A stretch of DNA of 64,000 nt, from sequence record OQ845958.1. One strand, given 5' to 3'. Shown here in pieces: positions 8,270-17,957 of this stretch (positions are counted from its first letter, which is position 1; every line of letters begins with the position of its first letter). The DNA is from Escherichia phage pEC-M719-6WT.2. The notes under the pieces are model-generated. The model was given only the letters and a program-made list of their open reading frames with translations, ran no database searches and was not told the DNA's origin. Made by a program: the position numbers and the translations under genes.

Positions 8270-8572
8270 ATGAAAAAGTATGAACTTGACATGATTGAGG
8301 CATGTCTGAAATCTGCTGACCATTTTAAGTTGAAAATGCACAAGTTAAGAGGAATGGTCAAAACCCCAGAAGAGAAGAAGCGATATGCTCTGAAGGAGAA
8401 ATGTAAAGCTCTTATCATGATGGATAAGTTGCAAATAGTCGCCGCAGAAGCCCACAGGACACGTAAGGCTGAGGCCCTTGGTGTTTATATGGCAGAGCAG
8501 CTACATCGCGCCCAGCAAGCCGTTAAGAGCGTCTGGTTCAGTGGTGAAAATACTGAAAGAACTTTTAATTAA
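8270..8572 (+). CDS. hypothetical protein
   Basis: 100 aa; SD GAGGAA. Confidence 0.45.
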   Translation: MKKYELDMIEACLKSADHFKLKMHKLRGMVKTPEEKKRYALKEKCKALIMMDKLQIVAAEAHRTRKAEALGVYMAEQLHRAQQAVKSVWFSGENTERTFN

Positions 8573-8574
8573 AT

Positions 8575-8604
8575 GTGTACATGGTATGGGGATAGACGTA
8601 TAAT
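8575..8604 (+). promoter_or_regulatory. early promoter (GTGTACA, 17 nt, TATAAT)
   Basis: same cassette and leader as at 7986; precedes ATG 8641. Confidence 0.5.
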
Positions 8605-8640
8605 GTTCCCATACTGAGTTACCAAATACTGGAGAATAAA

Positions 8641-9165
8641 ATGGAAGCTAAATCAATCTTTAATCTGATTAATTACAATAATGGTAATTTTAAATCAGAA
8701 GCACAAAGCAAGTTCTTTAATGATGTTGCTTGTGCGGGTGAGATTACAGTATCAGGTGGTCAGACTTATAAAAATGCCTGGAACTGGATTGTGACTGTTG
8801 ATTCAGTTGGTATTGTTGATGTGTATAAAAACACCAACAAAAACCGCTCTTTGTTCTGGTCAAGAGAGACTAATGCAGAATATCAGGCGGCAAGAGCGAA
8901 GAAAAATATGCCTACTGAATCTGATGTACAAAACATCAAATCAGATATCCAATATTATGATGGTCTGATTGCTGAACAACAAGCGGTGCTTGATAAGTTC
9001 AATGAAATCAAAGCATGTAAAGAGATTCCTGAATTCATGAGGGAATCAGTTAATGAACAATACAATCTCACTTCAGAGCGTATTGAAACCTATACCAAAC
9101 AAAGAGCAGAGCGCCAGGTACTCCTTCAGAAGTTTGAAGAGCGTTTAAAGACGGTTCTCGCATAA
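8641..9165 (+). CDS. hypothetical protein with C-terminal coiled coil
   Basis: 174 aa; heptad-rich C-terminus. Confidence 0.5.
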   Translation: MEAKSIFNLINYNNGNFKSEAQSKFFNDVACAGEITVSGGQTYKNAWNWIVTVDSVGIVDVYKNTNKNRSLFWSRETNAEYQAARAKKNMPTESDVQNIKSDIQYYDGLIAEQQAVLDKFNEIKACKEIPEFMRESVNEQYNLTSERIETYTKQRAERQVLLQKFEERLKTVLA

Positions 9166-9191
9166 ACGCTTTATACCAAGGATGGTATAAT
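9164..9191 (+). promoter_or_regulatory. possible MotA-dependent middle promoter
   Basis: AAACGCTTTA (close to MotA box TGCTTtA), 12 nt, then extended -10 TGgTATAAT. Confidence 0.35.
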
Positions 9192-9228
9192 GGTTCTGAC
9201 CTTTGATTAATCTATTGAGGAAATTATT

Positions 9229-10074
9229 ATGTCACAAGCAATTAATGAAATTCGTTCTGAAGTTAAAAAAGTTGTTAAATTTGGTCGTATACCAAGCACC
9301 AAAGATGTGGTTTTAAATGTTCTATATATGATGTGGAATAAGTTCAATGTTTGTACTAATTCCGCTGAATTCACTAAAATCTTTGAAAAGACCACTGGTC
9401 TTCTTACATTAGAAGACCGAGTCATGAAATCTCTTCATCGTTCAGGTATGTTGTCTCGTGCTAATGCCAAAATTTTACTTAAAAATTATAATAAAGGTTA
9501 TGACCTTTATGGTCGTGCGATTAACACCATGACGTTTGATGAAGTGGTTAAAGACCTTTGGAAAAACCAGCGCCGTTTATTGGCATTAGGCGCTCGTTTA
9601 GCAAGCGGTCAAGATAAACAAATGACCTTTAAAACCAATAATTCTTTAGATTATAAACTATTTAATGTTATTAAAGGTCAAAAAGAAGGTGAATACAGTA
9701 TTTCTTCTTTTAGTGGATGTCAATATGATAATTGGAAATTCCATCTTCGTTTGGCATTGTCTGTACTGGAATGTCACGGTATTCTTACCTTTTATGATGT
9801 TAAAACTGGAGGCGTCCAGCGTATTAAATTATGCCAAATTAAAGACCAATTTGAAGTCAGCCCTTCAGAACAAGCTCCTAAAATGGAACCTGTTCCAGTG
9901 CGAAGCAATGAAAAATATTCAGAGCAAATTGAGCTTTTCACTAAACAGATTGAAGAGCTTAACATCACCATCCAGCAGCAAGATGATGAAATTTTCCGTC
10001 TGTCAGGACTGAATAACGCGGCGAAAGCCGAACGTCAGAAACTGATGAACGTTATTGAATTGCTTAAGGATTAA
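9229..10074 (+). CDS. hypothetical protein with C-terminal coiled coil
   Basis: 281 aa; heptad-rich C-terminal 70 aa. Confidence 0.5.
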   Translation: MSQAINEIRSEVKKVVKFGRIPSTKDVVLNVLYMMWNKFNVCTNSAEFTKIFEKTTGLLTLEDRVMKSLHRSGMLSRANAKILLKNYNKGYDLYGRAINTMTFDEVVKDLWKNQRRLLALGARLASGQDKQMTFKTNNSLDYKLFNVIKGQKEGEYSISSFSGCQYDNWKFHLRLALSVLECHGILTFYDVKTGGVQRIKLCQIKDQFEVSPSEQAPKMEPVPVRSNEKYSEQIELFTKQIEELNITIQQQDDEIFRLSGLNNAAKAERQKLMNVIELLKD

Positions 10075-10075
10075 T

Positions 10076-10291
10076 ATGACTATTTTGATTATCAGCATTA
10101 TTTTTGGTTATCTTGTGATAGGTTTTATTACTACCCTGTTGCTCCACAAGTTTGATAGTCCCTACGAAAGTGGGGACGAGTATGATGCGGTGTTCACAAC
10201 ATTTTGCTGGCCTATATTCTGGGTAGTCGCTGTTATAATGTGTGTGGCCTGGCCTTTTGCTAAACTCTATAAAAAATTATTTGGATTATGA
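10076..10291 (+). CDS. small membrane protein
   Basis: 71 aa; two hydrophobic helices; ATG 1 nt after upstream stop. Confidence 0.4.
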   Translation: MTILIISIIFGYLVIGFITTLLLHKFDSPYESGDEYDAVFTTFCWPIFWVVAVIMCVAWPFAKLYKKLFGL

Positions 10292-10292
10292 T

Positions 10293-11174
10293 ATGAACAT
10301 TAAAACACGTAAAGAATATTCTCGATTTGAACAGCGTGAAGGTCGTGCAACCCGTCTTATCGCGATGAATTCTCTGGTTAACTTTGGTAAAATCAAATCA
10401 GGTTCTGCCACCCAGGGGTATGGACAACGTATTGTAAGAATTAACTCTCTGAATGATTACTGCCGCCGCCCTGCGTTTTTGTTTGGTGCCACAGTTCGTA
10501 AGAGCATTAAGGAAATCCTGGCTGCAGGGCTTCGTATTCGCAAGGCTCCGGTTAACATCAAGAACTATAATTTTAACTCCAGTAACTTGATTATCAATAT
10601 CAAGAATGATGGTATACAGATTAAGTTCAAACCAACCACCAAGGGCGACGTTGCTCTTTGTGATACCTTTAAAGAGGTTATGGGTATCGCACTGTTTTAT
10701 ATGCGCCATGCTGTTGAAGCATACACGTTTGAAGAAGATACAAATTATATCCACCAAACGGAAAAATTCCTTAAAACTATAGTCATTGATATTAAATTAA
10801 CTAAAGAATATCTTTTGTCTTATGCACCTTATCAAGAGAAAAAGGAACCAGAAATGGCAGAACATATCCCTACTGCGACATATAACCCAGCAGTTACAGG
10901 TCAGTTTAAATCTTACGACCAGGCTAAAATTTCACCACTGGAAGTTAAAAATATGTATCAATGGAAAATCCAGCCAAACAGCTCTCTTGAAATCTTTAAC
11001 CCACCAATGAAGCCTATTGAGAGCTATCATGCTGATGCTATCCAGGAATCAGTCAACCGCTTAAACGGTCTGATTGAAGATGAGAAAAAGGGTATCCAGG
11101 ATGTTCTGAATCGCATCAAGAACATGGAAAAACAACGCAATAAATTGCAGGCGGCGATTTTAGCATTAAAATAA
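10293..11174 (+). CDS. hypothetical protein with C-terminal coiled coil
   Basis: 293 aa from ATG 10293 (track ORF 10242 begins at non-ATG codon). Confidence 0.45.
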   Translation: MNIKTRKEYSRFEQREGRATRLIAMNSLVNFGKIKSGSATQGYGQRIVRINSLNDYCRRPAFLFGATVRKSIKEILAAGLRIRKAPVNIKNYNFNSSNLIINIKNDGIQIKFKPTTKGDVALCDTFKEVMGIALFYMRHAVEAYTFEEDTNYIHQTEKFLKTIVIDIKLTKEYLLSYAPYQEKKEPEMAEHIPTATYNPAVTGQFKSYDQAKISPLEVKNMYQWKIQPNSSLEIFNPPMKPIESYHADAIQESVNRLNGLIEDEKKGIQDVLNRIKNMEKQRNKLQAAILALK

Positions 11175-11175
11175 T

Positions 11176-11205
11176 GTTTACTTCCAAGGATGGAGGGGGT
11201 ATAAT
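11176..11205 (+). promoter_or_regulatory. sigma70-like promoter (GTTTAC, 18 nt, TATAAT)
   Basis: upstream of ATG 11233 with SD GAGGAG. Confidence 0.4.
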
Positions 11206-11232
11206 GAATTCCTACTTTATGAGGAGAACACT

Positions 11233-12222
11233 ATGACACGTAATGAATATATCCAGGCCTTTAACACCACTATCGATGCAAAAGTAAAACCATTAATAGG
11301 TGAATCGGCTATCCTTTTAATTATCAATTACTGGTTAAATCAGATTGACTCGACGATTGTTGCATCCGGTCGCTTCAAGAAAGACATTGCGACTATTGCG
11401 AGTCGTGCCGGTAAAGATGATATCAAGAAAACTTTTAAAGGTTCCCGAGTCCTGGCATACCTAGTTAATAAAGACCTTCTTAATAAGTTTGGTGTTGAAT
11501 CCAGACGTGGTAAAGGTACAATTGGATATCATTGGTTTGGTGATGTTGAAAAATACTACCTTGATAAACAAGGCTATACTGTTTCTGAATTCGCAAATTG
11601 TTGGGCTCGTGAATTCAGAGATAACAAAATGTCTATCATAAAATCAGCGACAAAATTGATGGGCAGCGATTATCGCACTATCTCCCATTTGGCTGAGCAC
11701 ATGATAAATGTTAAAGAGTCTGGTGAAAACCAGGTAATTATTACAGTTAAGTATGAATTCTTTACGCCGGTGGCTACTCCAGAAAATGTCAAAAAGTATC
11801 TTGATGCCGCGAGCACGCTTACTTCACAGCTGCAGTGTGCCCTTAATTATATGCGCACTGTTGAAAAAATTAAAGTAGACCCTATCACCAGTACTCATGG
11901 TTGGAAAGGTTGGAAAATTGTGGTGACATTACGCGAAGTTAAATGTGCAAAGCAACCAACTGTTGCAGAAATTTATAAAAAGAAAAGTGAGGAAATTATG
12001 AATGCTCCGCAAGAAACCACCCTTGAAGACCTGATTGATAATCTGAATAATGAGCCAGTGGAACAAAAAGCGCCTGAAATTGTTGCTCTGGAAATGGCGT
12101 ATAATAAAGCTCTTGCTGTTAATAAAAAGGCAACTGAAGACTATACCAAAGCCAAGCGACTTTGGGAAGAATCAACTAATCGTCTGGATAAACTGGAACA
12201 GGCTCTGGAGCTGCTGAAATGA
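11233..12222 (+). CDS. hypothetical protein with C-terminal coiled coil
   Basis: 329 aa. Confidence 0.5.
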   Translation: MTRNEYIQAFNTTIDAKVKPLIGESAILLIINYWLNQIDSTIVASGRFKKDIATIASRAGKDDIKKTFKGSRVLAYLVNKDLLNKFGVESRRGKGTIGYHWFGDVEKYYLDKQGYTVSEFANCWAREFRDNKMSIIKSATKLMGSDYRTISHLAEHMINVKESGENQVIITVKYEFFTPVATPENVKKYLDAASTLTSQLQCALNYMRTVEKIKVDPITSTHGWKGWKIVVTLREVKCAKQPTVAEIYKKKSEEIMNAPQETTLEDLIDNLNNEPVEQKAPEIVALEMAYNKALAVNKKATEDYTKAKRLWEESTNRLDKLEQALELLK

Positions 12223-12557
12223 AACAACGTTTAGCTGAAGATATTGCAGAAACTGCATTTCCAGAATGGACCCCCGCAGCGGGGGTTAATAAAGGTCTTT
12301 TAAAATTTATTGAAAACGCTGAGGGTGTTGACCTTGTTCAGTTAGGAAAGATTCATGGCTGTGATGATTATAGTCAGGTTCCTGATTGGGATATGGTAAT
12401 GGCTATGGTTCGTCGGCGTGAACGTGCTTCTAAACGTGTTCCAAACTGTCCAGAATGCGGAACTGAACAGGTCCAGTTAGTCCATTGGCAGACTAGTAAT
12501 CTTCGTTATAAATGCAGACATTGCAAACACAAATTTGAGCGAGAAGAAAATGAATAA
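12219..12557 (+). CDS. zinc-ribbon protein
   Basis: 112 aa; CPEC-x16-CRHC at C-terminus. Confidence 0.45.
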   Translation: MKQRLAEDIAETAFPEWTPAAGVNKGLLKFIENAEGVDLVQLGKIHGCDDYSQVPDWDMVMAMVRRRERASKRVPNCPECGTEQVQLVHWQTSNLRYKCRHCKHKFEREENE

Positions 12558-12861
12558 TTTAAACCCATTTAAAAGTCAAAATATCATTGAGACTGATGAG
12601 ATGAAAGGCTTGTTTAAAGAACTTCAGGAATTAACGACCCGAATATGTCTCCAATACGTTGAAGATTGCGGTACAACAGTTAGTATAGATTCCATCCATC
12701 GTAATATTCAATCTTCAATTGATTATGCCATTACTGTTTTTAAAATCCGGGCTAATTCGGCTTTAATAAACCAACCAAATACAAATTTACCGTTAGAAGA
12801 GTGTATTGCAATAGCGGCCTATACAGCTTATAATGAGATTGTAGATAATGACAAAGCGTAA
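12550..12861 (+). CDS. hypothetical protein
   Basis: 103 aa from ATG 12550 (track ORF starts at TTG 12535). Confidence 0.4.
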   Translation: MNNLNPFKSQNIIETDEMKGLFKELQELTTRICLQYVEDCGTTVSIDSIHRNIQSSIDYAITVFKIRANSALINQPNTNLPLEECIAIAAYTAYNEIVDNDKA

Positions 12862-13090
12862 AGAATATCTTGAGACTGCTGATAAGGCGGTCCGTGAATT
12901 AACTCTGGCCTATTATAAAGAACACGGTAAACTTCCGGATAGTTATTCAGTATTGAAATCTGCTTTAACTCGTTCATATAATAATATGCGTTCAGAAGTT
13001 TATGGTATTATGGTCAAACATAAAGAACAAACCGGTCAATACCCCGATTATACTGAGACCTTCAAACAAGTATTAGGAATTAAGGAATAA
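12848..13090 (+). CDS. hypothetical protein
   Basis: 80 aa. Confidence 0.4.
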   Translation: MTKRKEYLETADKAVRELTLAYYKEHGKLPDSYSVLKSALTRSYNNMRSEVYGIMVKHKEQTGQYPDYTETFKQVLGIKE

Positions 13091-13091
13091 T

Positions 13092-13355
13092 ATGTTTAAA
13101 GTATATGGTTATGATTCATCTATTCATCGCTGTGTATTCTGCGATAATGCAAAACGTTTTTTGGATGTTAAAAAACAACCTTACGAGTTCATCAACGTTA
13201 TGCCAGAAAAAGGTGTGTTTGATGATGAGAAGATTGCCCAACTCCTGGCTGCACTTGGTCGCGAATCTCAAATTGGTTTGACCATGCCGCAAGTATTTGC
13301 TCCTGACGGAAGTCATATTGGCGGATTCACTGAACTGCGAGAATATTTTAAATGA
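13092..13355 (+). CDS. nrdC: glutaredoxin (NrdC-type thioredoxin)
   Basis: 87 aa (same as T4 NrdC); CVFC active site near N-terminus; glutaredoxin fold. Confidence 0.85.
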   Translation: MFKVYGYDSSIHRCVFCDNAKRFLDVKKQPYEFINVMPEKGVFDDEKIAQLLAALGRESQIGLTMPQVFAPDGSHIGGFTELREYFK

Positions 13356-13519
13356 TTGAATTATTGTTGGGTATTTTGTATCTTATCATCGGTATTGGTT
13401 ATGCTAAGACCCTAGCTAAAATAGATGATTTCGGTGCGGGTGACTTTTGTTGGTGGCTGACGTCTATGATTTGTTGGCCTTTATTTCTGGTTGGTGCTTC
13501 ATTCTGGAACTTTAAATGA
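13352..13519 (+). CDS. small membrane protein (55 aa)
   Basis: hand-translated; two hydrophobic segments; ATGA overlaps at both ends. Confidence 0.3.
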   Translation: MIELLLGILYLIIGIGYAKTLAKIDDFGAGDFCWWLTSMICWPLFLVGASFWNFK

Positions 13520-13692
13520 CCGAATTTGATATGGCCTATAAAACCTGCGCAAGAGAGTTTGATACTCCTGCGCCTAGTAAAGAAACCGTATTGGCAAATC
13601 TCCCGGATTGGTTAAAAGAAGAAGCCAACGAATGGGGTTGGACTGATACTTGTGTACGCGACCAGTTATTTGAATTTATGGTGGAATTATGA
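13516..13692 (+). CDS. small hypothetical protein (58 aa)
   Basis: hand-translated; start-stop overlaps with neighbours. Confidence 0.3.
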   Translation: MTEFDMAYKTCAREFDTPAPSKETVLANLPDWLKEEANEWGWTDTCVRDQLFEFMVEL

Positions 13693-13997
13693 GTGAATTA
13701 GACGGACAAACAATTTATCTGGGCGATGGCAACGAAGACGACCTGGAATATAAACTATACGAATACATGGTCGCCCTGGCAAAGGAAGAAGGTATTGACT
13801 TTGCTGTGGCTAACCCGTATGGTGAGAACACTGTTGTAATTGGTGGCACTGCTTATGAAGTCCAATGGCAATACGTTGGGCTTGAATCTATAGAATATGA
13901 AGAAGATAAGCATGGCGATTGGCATCCGGTGGGTCCCTGGTACTGGGACGACGGTGAGCCTGATTTTGAAGTATCAAGCTATTGGAGTGACCAATGA
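13689..13997 (+). CDS. highly acidic W/Y-rich protein
   Basis: 102 aa; about 25 percent D/E, almost no basic residues. Confidence 0.5.
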   Translation: MSELDGQTIYLGDGNEDDLEYKLYEYMVALAKEEGIDFAVANPYGENTVVIGGTAYEVQWQYVGLESIEYEEDKHGDWHPVGPWYWDDGEPDFEVSSYWSDQ

Positions 13998-14314
13998 CTA
14001 TTGAAAATGAATTAGATGTTGATGCTGTTTTAAGCGAAATCATTGAAGACCATGATGCGTTTACTGAATCATACGAGTTTGAATTTTCGGACTACCTGGT
14101 TCCGGTTGAATTAGGCGAATGGACACAATCTGGCAAATACCAATATCGCCAGGCAATTTATTTCAGCAAAAAACATAATGTACATGTGGCTGTAAACGAA
14201 ACTCGTACCGGCTCTTATCATACCGACTGGGACCATATGGTCCCGACTGTTGAACTGGTCAAGCTCCAAGAACGTGTCGTAACCCAAACTATCAGAGAAT
14301 GGATTACGCTATAA
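13994..14314 (+). CDS. acidic hypothetical protein
   Basis: 106 aa; acidic N-terminal half. Confidence 0.5.
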   Translation: MTIENELDVDAVLSEIIEDHDAFTESYEFEFSDYLVPVELGEWTQSGKYQYRQAIYFSKKHNVHVAVNETRTGSYHTDWDHMVPTVELVKLQERVVTQTIREWITL

Positions 14315-14431
14315 AACCATGGTACACCGCTCGATGGGAAACCGTCGAGCCAGAGGAACCTGTTTACAACGATTCCGAAATAGATTATAATGAACCTTCA
14401 AACAATGATTTAATCGATATGGAGTTTGGAT

Positions 14432-14605
14432 ATGAGTACCAAAATTGAAATTGGCCGTCATAAAGGCCGCCTGATTGAAAAATCACTTTATGAACTGTCG
14501 GATTCCCGTAAGTTACCCGATGAAGAATCTGCTTTAATTTTTGCCGCGGCGGATTATATCCATTGGCTTGAAGCTCAACTTCGCTTTGCTGATAAGGCCT
14601 TTTAA
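14432..14605 (+). CDS. small hypothetical protein (57 aa)
   Basis: hand-translated; stop overlaps next ATG (TAATG). Confidence 0.25.
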   Translation: MSTKIEIGRHKGRLIEKSLYELSDSRKLPDEESALIFAAADYIHWLEAQLRFADKAF

Positions 14606-14877
14606 TGTTTTTAGAAATTGTTAATATTCATGCGGCTGCTCAATCAGGTTTTATGAAAGAGCTTCAAGACGCAGGATTTAAAAATGGTGATGTTATCCAT
14701 GCGTTAAGACAACGTTTTGACCCTGACGTTGAATGTAATGTTTGGGACGTTGTTGAAACGGATGAATACCTTTTTGATACCATAGAAATTGAAGGGTCAT
14801 GGACCTGTATCACTGAGTATATGATAATTGATAATGGTAACGTTGAATGCCATTATCCTTGTTTTAGGATTGTTTAA
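14605..14877 (+). CDS. hypothetical protein
   Basis: 90 aa. Confidence 0.45.
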   Translation: MFLEIVNIHAAAQSGFMKELQDAGFKNGDVIHALRQRFDPDVECNVWDVVETDEYLFDTIEIEGSWTCITEYMIIDNGNVECHYPCFRIV

Positions 14878-15053
14878 TGAAAACTGCATTAGTCTATACC
14901 GAAAAGTTAAACGGTGACAAGGTCTGGAAACTTCTTATCAAAGGAAGCCCTACTGACCAGTTTATGGCCACCTGTGTGGGATTGTATACTCGTCCTACTA
15001 AAAAGATGATTCGTCAATTTAAACGGTTACACCGCGCGTTTTATAAGATTTAA
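14877..15053 (+). CDS. small basic protein (58 aa)
   Basis: hand-translated; TAATG overlap with upstream gene. Confidence 0.3.
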   Translation: MKTALVYTEKLNGDKVWKLLIKGSPTDQFMATCVGLYTRPTKKMIRQFKRLHRAFYKI

Positions 15054-15083
15054 TAAATACCCTTATCTAATAATGGTAAGGGT
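15051..15083 (+). promoter_or_regulatory. gene 49 control region: late-promoter-like TAATAAATA plus SD-sequestering hairpin
   Basis: ATAAATA at 15053-15059; perfect 7-bp stem ACCCTTA/TAAGGGT (15059-15065 and 15077-15083) whose 3-prime arm contains the SD AAGGG, 6 nt before ATG 15089. Confidence 0.5.
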
Positions 15084-15088
15084 TTATT

Positions 15089-15562
15089 ATGTTGTTGACT
15101 GGCAAATTATACAAAGAAGAAAAACAAAAACTTTATGATGCACAAGCTGGTAAGTGTCCAATTTGCCACCGTGATTTGGACTCCGATGTTCAGGCCAACC
15201 ATCTTGACCATGACCACGAATTGAACGGGCCAAAAGCCGGTAAGGTTCGCGGGTTACTATGCAATCTGTGCAATGGGACAGAAGGACAAATGAAGCATAA
15301 GTTCAGCCGTTCGGGTCTGAAAAGTCGCGATGTTGACTACCTGGAATGGTTAGAGAGTTTGCTTGTCTATCTGAAATCTGATTATACCGAAAACAATATT
15401 CACCCCAATTTTGTAACAGACAAAGCCAAAGAGTTCGGTCGTCTGGGGAAAGAAGAAATGATTCGGGAAATGCTTTTGAATGGTATGACTTATAATGAAT
15501 CTGACACCAAAACACAATTAATGGCTTCATTTAAGAAGCAGCTTAGAAAGAGTTTAAAATGA
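15089..15562 (+). CDS. 49: recombination endonuclease VII
   Basis: 157 aa (same as T4 gp49); CPIC...HLDHDH...CNLC zinc-binding and catalytic motifs. Confidence 0.9.
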   Translation: MLLTGKLYKEEKQKLYDAQAGKCPICHRDLDSDVQANHLDHDHELNGPKAGKVRGLLCNLCNGTEGQMKHKFSRSGLKSRDVDYLEWLESLLVYLKSDYTENNIHPNFVTDKAKEFGRLGKEEMIREMLLNGMTYNESDTKTQLMASFKKQLRKSLK

Positions 15563-17376
15563 CAATTGAAAACGAAATTGAAGGATTGATTCATAAAACT
15601 AATAAAGACCTTTTAAACGAGAATGCTAATAAAGATTCTCGTGTTTTTCCAACTCAACGGGACCTTATGGCTGGTATTGTATCTAAACACATTGCCAAAA
15701 ATATGGTTGCGCCTTTTATTATGAAAGCACATGAAAGTGGAATTATTCATTTCCATGATATTGATTATTCCCCTGCTCTTCCATTTACTAATTGCTGTTT
15801 AGTAGATTTAAAAGGAATGCTTGAGAACGGATTTAAGCTTGGTAATGCACAGATTGAAACTCCTAAATCAATCGGTGTTGCTACTGCAATTATGGCACAA
15901 ATTACTGCACAGGTTGCTTCTCACCAATATGGCGGAACGACTTTTGCTAATGTAGACAAAGTATTTTCTCCTTATGTTAAACGTACATACGCAAAACATA
16001 TTGAAGATGCAGAAAAATGGCAAATCACTGATGCATTGAATTATGCCCAATCTAAAACAGAAAAAGACGTATACGATGCATTCCAAGCTTATGAATATGA
16101 AGTAAATACTCTCTTTAGTTCAAACGGACAAACGCCTTTTGTAACCATTACATTTGGTACGGGAACTGACTGGACTGAACGAATGATTCAGAAAGCAATT
16201 CTGAAAAATCGTATCAAAGGTCTTGGTCGCGATGGGATAACTCCTATTTTCCCTAAACTTGTTATGTTCGTTGAAGAAGGTGTTAATCTTTATAAAGACG
16301 ACCCGAACTATGATATTAAGCAGCTTGCTCTAGAGTGTGCAAGCAAAAGGATGTATCCTGATATTATTTCAGCTAAGAATAATAAAGCTATCACTGGTTC
16401 ATCTATTCCTGTTTCTCCAATGGGTTGCCGTAGTTTCTTGGGCGTATGGAAAGATTCGACTGGTAATGAAATTCTTGATGGACGTAATAATCTTGGTGTT
16501 GTAACACTGAATCTTCCTCGCATTGCGTTAGATTCTTATATTGGAACACAGTTCAATGAACAGAAATTTATCGAATTGTTCAATGAGCGAATGGATTTGT
16601 GTTTTGAAGCTTTGATGTGTAGAATTAATTCCTTAAAAGGAGTTAAAGCGACTGTTGCTCCTATTCTTTACCAAGAAGGTGCATTCGGGGTTCGTCTTAA
16701 ACCTGATGATGATATAATTGAGTTATTTAAAAACGGTAGAAGTTCAGTGTCTTTGGGATACATTGGTATTCACGAATTGAATATTCTTGCCGGTCGTGAT
16801 ATTGGGCAAGAAATTTTAACTAAAATGAATGCTCGTCTTAAGCAGTGGACTGAAAGAACCGGTTTTGCTTTTAGTTTGTATTCTACACCTGCTGAAAACC
16901 TTTGTTATCGCTTCTGTAAACTTGATACTGAAAAATATGGAAGTGTAAAGGATGTTACTGATAAAGGCTGGTACACTAATAGTTTCCATGTTTCAGTAGA
17001 AGAAAATATCACCCCGTTTGAAAAGATTTCCCGCGAAGCTCCATATCATTTCATTGCGACAGGTGGTCACATTTCTTATGTTGAACTTCCTGATATGAAA
17101 AATAACTTAAAAGGTCTTGAGGCTGTATGGGATTATGCTGCGCAACATTTAGATTATTTTGGTGTTAACATGCCAGTAGATAAATGTTTTACGTGTGGAA
17201 GTACCCATGAAATGACTCCTACTGAAAACGGATTTGTTTGTTCTATTTGTGGAGAAACTGACCCTAAAAAGATGAACACAATAAGAAGAACTTGTGGTTA
17301 TTTGGGAAATCCGAACGAACGCGGATTTAATCTCGGCAAAAATAAAGAAATCATGCATAGGGTTAAACACCAATGA
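15559..17376 (+). CDS. nrdD: anaerobic ribonucleoside-triphosphate reductase
   Basis: 605 aa; C-terminal glycyl-radical motif RRTCGYLG and Cys cluster; uninterrupted ORF. Confidence 0.92.
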   Translation: MTIENEIEGLIHKTNKDLLNENANKDSRVFPTQRDLMAGIVSKHIAKNMVAPFIMKAHESGIIHFHDIDYSPALPFTNCCLVDLKGMLENGFKLGNAQIETPKSIGVATAIMAQITAQVASHQYGGTTFANVDKVFSPYVKRTYAKHIEDAEKWQITDALNYAQSKTEKDVYDAFQAYEYEVNTLFSSNGQTPFVTITFGTGTDWTERMIQKAILKNRIKGLGRDGITPIFPKLVMFVEEGVNLYKDDPNYDIKQLALECASKRMYPDIISAKNNKAITGSSIPVSPMGCRSFLGVWKDSTGNEILDGRNNLGVVTLNLPRIALDSYIGTQFNEQKFIELFNERMDLCFEALMCRINSLKGVKATVAPILYQEGAFGVRLKPDDDIIELFKNGRSSVSLGYIGIHELNILAGRDIGQEILTKMNARLKQWTERTGFAFSLYSTPAENLCYRFCKLDTEKYGSVKDVTDKGWYTNSFHVSVEENITPFEKISREAPYHFIATGGHISYVELPDMKNNLKGLEAVWDYAAQHLDYFGVNMPVDKCFTCGSTHEMTPTENGFVCSICGETDPKKMNTIRRTCGYLGNPNERGFNLGKNKEIMHRVKHQ

Positions 17377-17843
17377 ATTATGATAGAATTTATCCTTGTG
17401 ATTTTATTAATGGCCCTGGATGCAGGGTCGTTCTTTTCGTCACAGGTTGTTTGCATAAATGCGAAGGGTGTTATAATAAATCAACATGGAATGCTAGAAA
17501 TGGTGTTCCATTCACTGGTGAAACACTAGAACAATTAATTGAATGTTTGGATAATGATTATATAGAAGGATTAACTATAACTGGAGGAGACCCTCTCTAT
17601 CCTGATAACCGAGATGTTATTCAATCTGTGGTTCAAACTGTTAAAAATCTTTATCCAAATAAAAGCATTTGGATGTGGACAGGATATAAGTTTGAAGATA
17701 TTAAACAACTAGAAATGCTTAAATATGTTGATGTTATTATTGATGGGAAGTATGAGAAAAATCTTCCGACCAAAAAACTGTGGCGAGGGTCAGATAATCA
17801 GCGACTTTGGTCAAATACCGATGGGGTGTGGAAACATGATTAA
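17373..17843 (+). CDS. nrdG: anaerobic RNR activating enzyme (radical SAM)
   Basis: 156 aa; CLHKCEGC radical-SAM cluster motif; overlaps nrdD stop. Confidence 0.9.
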   Translation: MNYDRIYPCDFINGPGCRVVLFVTGCLHKCEGCYNKSTWNARNGVPFTGETLEQLIECLDNDYIEGLTITGGDPLYPDNRDVIQSVVQTVKNLYPNKSIWMWTGYKFEDIKQLEMLKYVDVIIDGKYEKNLPTKKLWRGSDNQRLWSNTDGVWKHD

Positions 17844-17957
17844 ATTTAATTATATTATGGATACTATAAATGATATGATTTTTCATTTTGGTCCAGAATT
17901 TTATTCGCAGTATAGTTTAGTGCTTATCAATGCTTGGTTAATCAATTAAGGGTAAAT

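Noticed and set aside
15559-17376. Possible group I intron with homing endonuclease in nrdD, as in T4
   Set aside because: nrdD is a single uninterrupted 605 aa ORF with no intron-like insertion visible.
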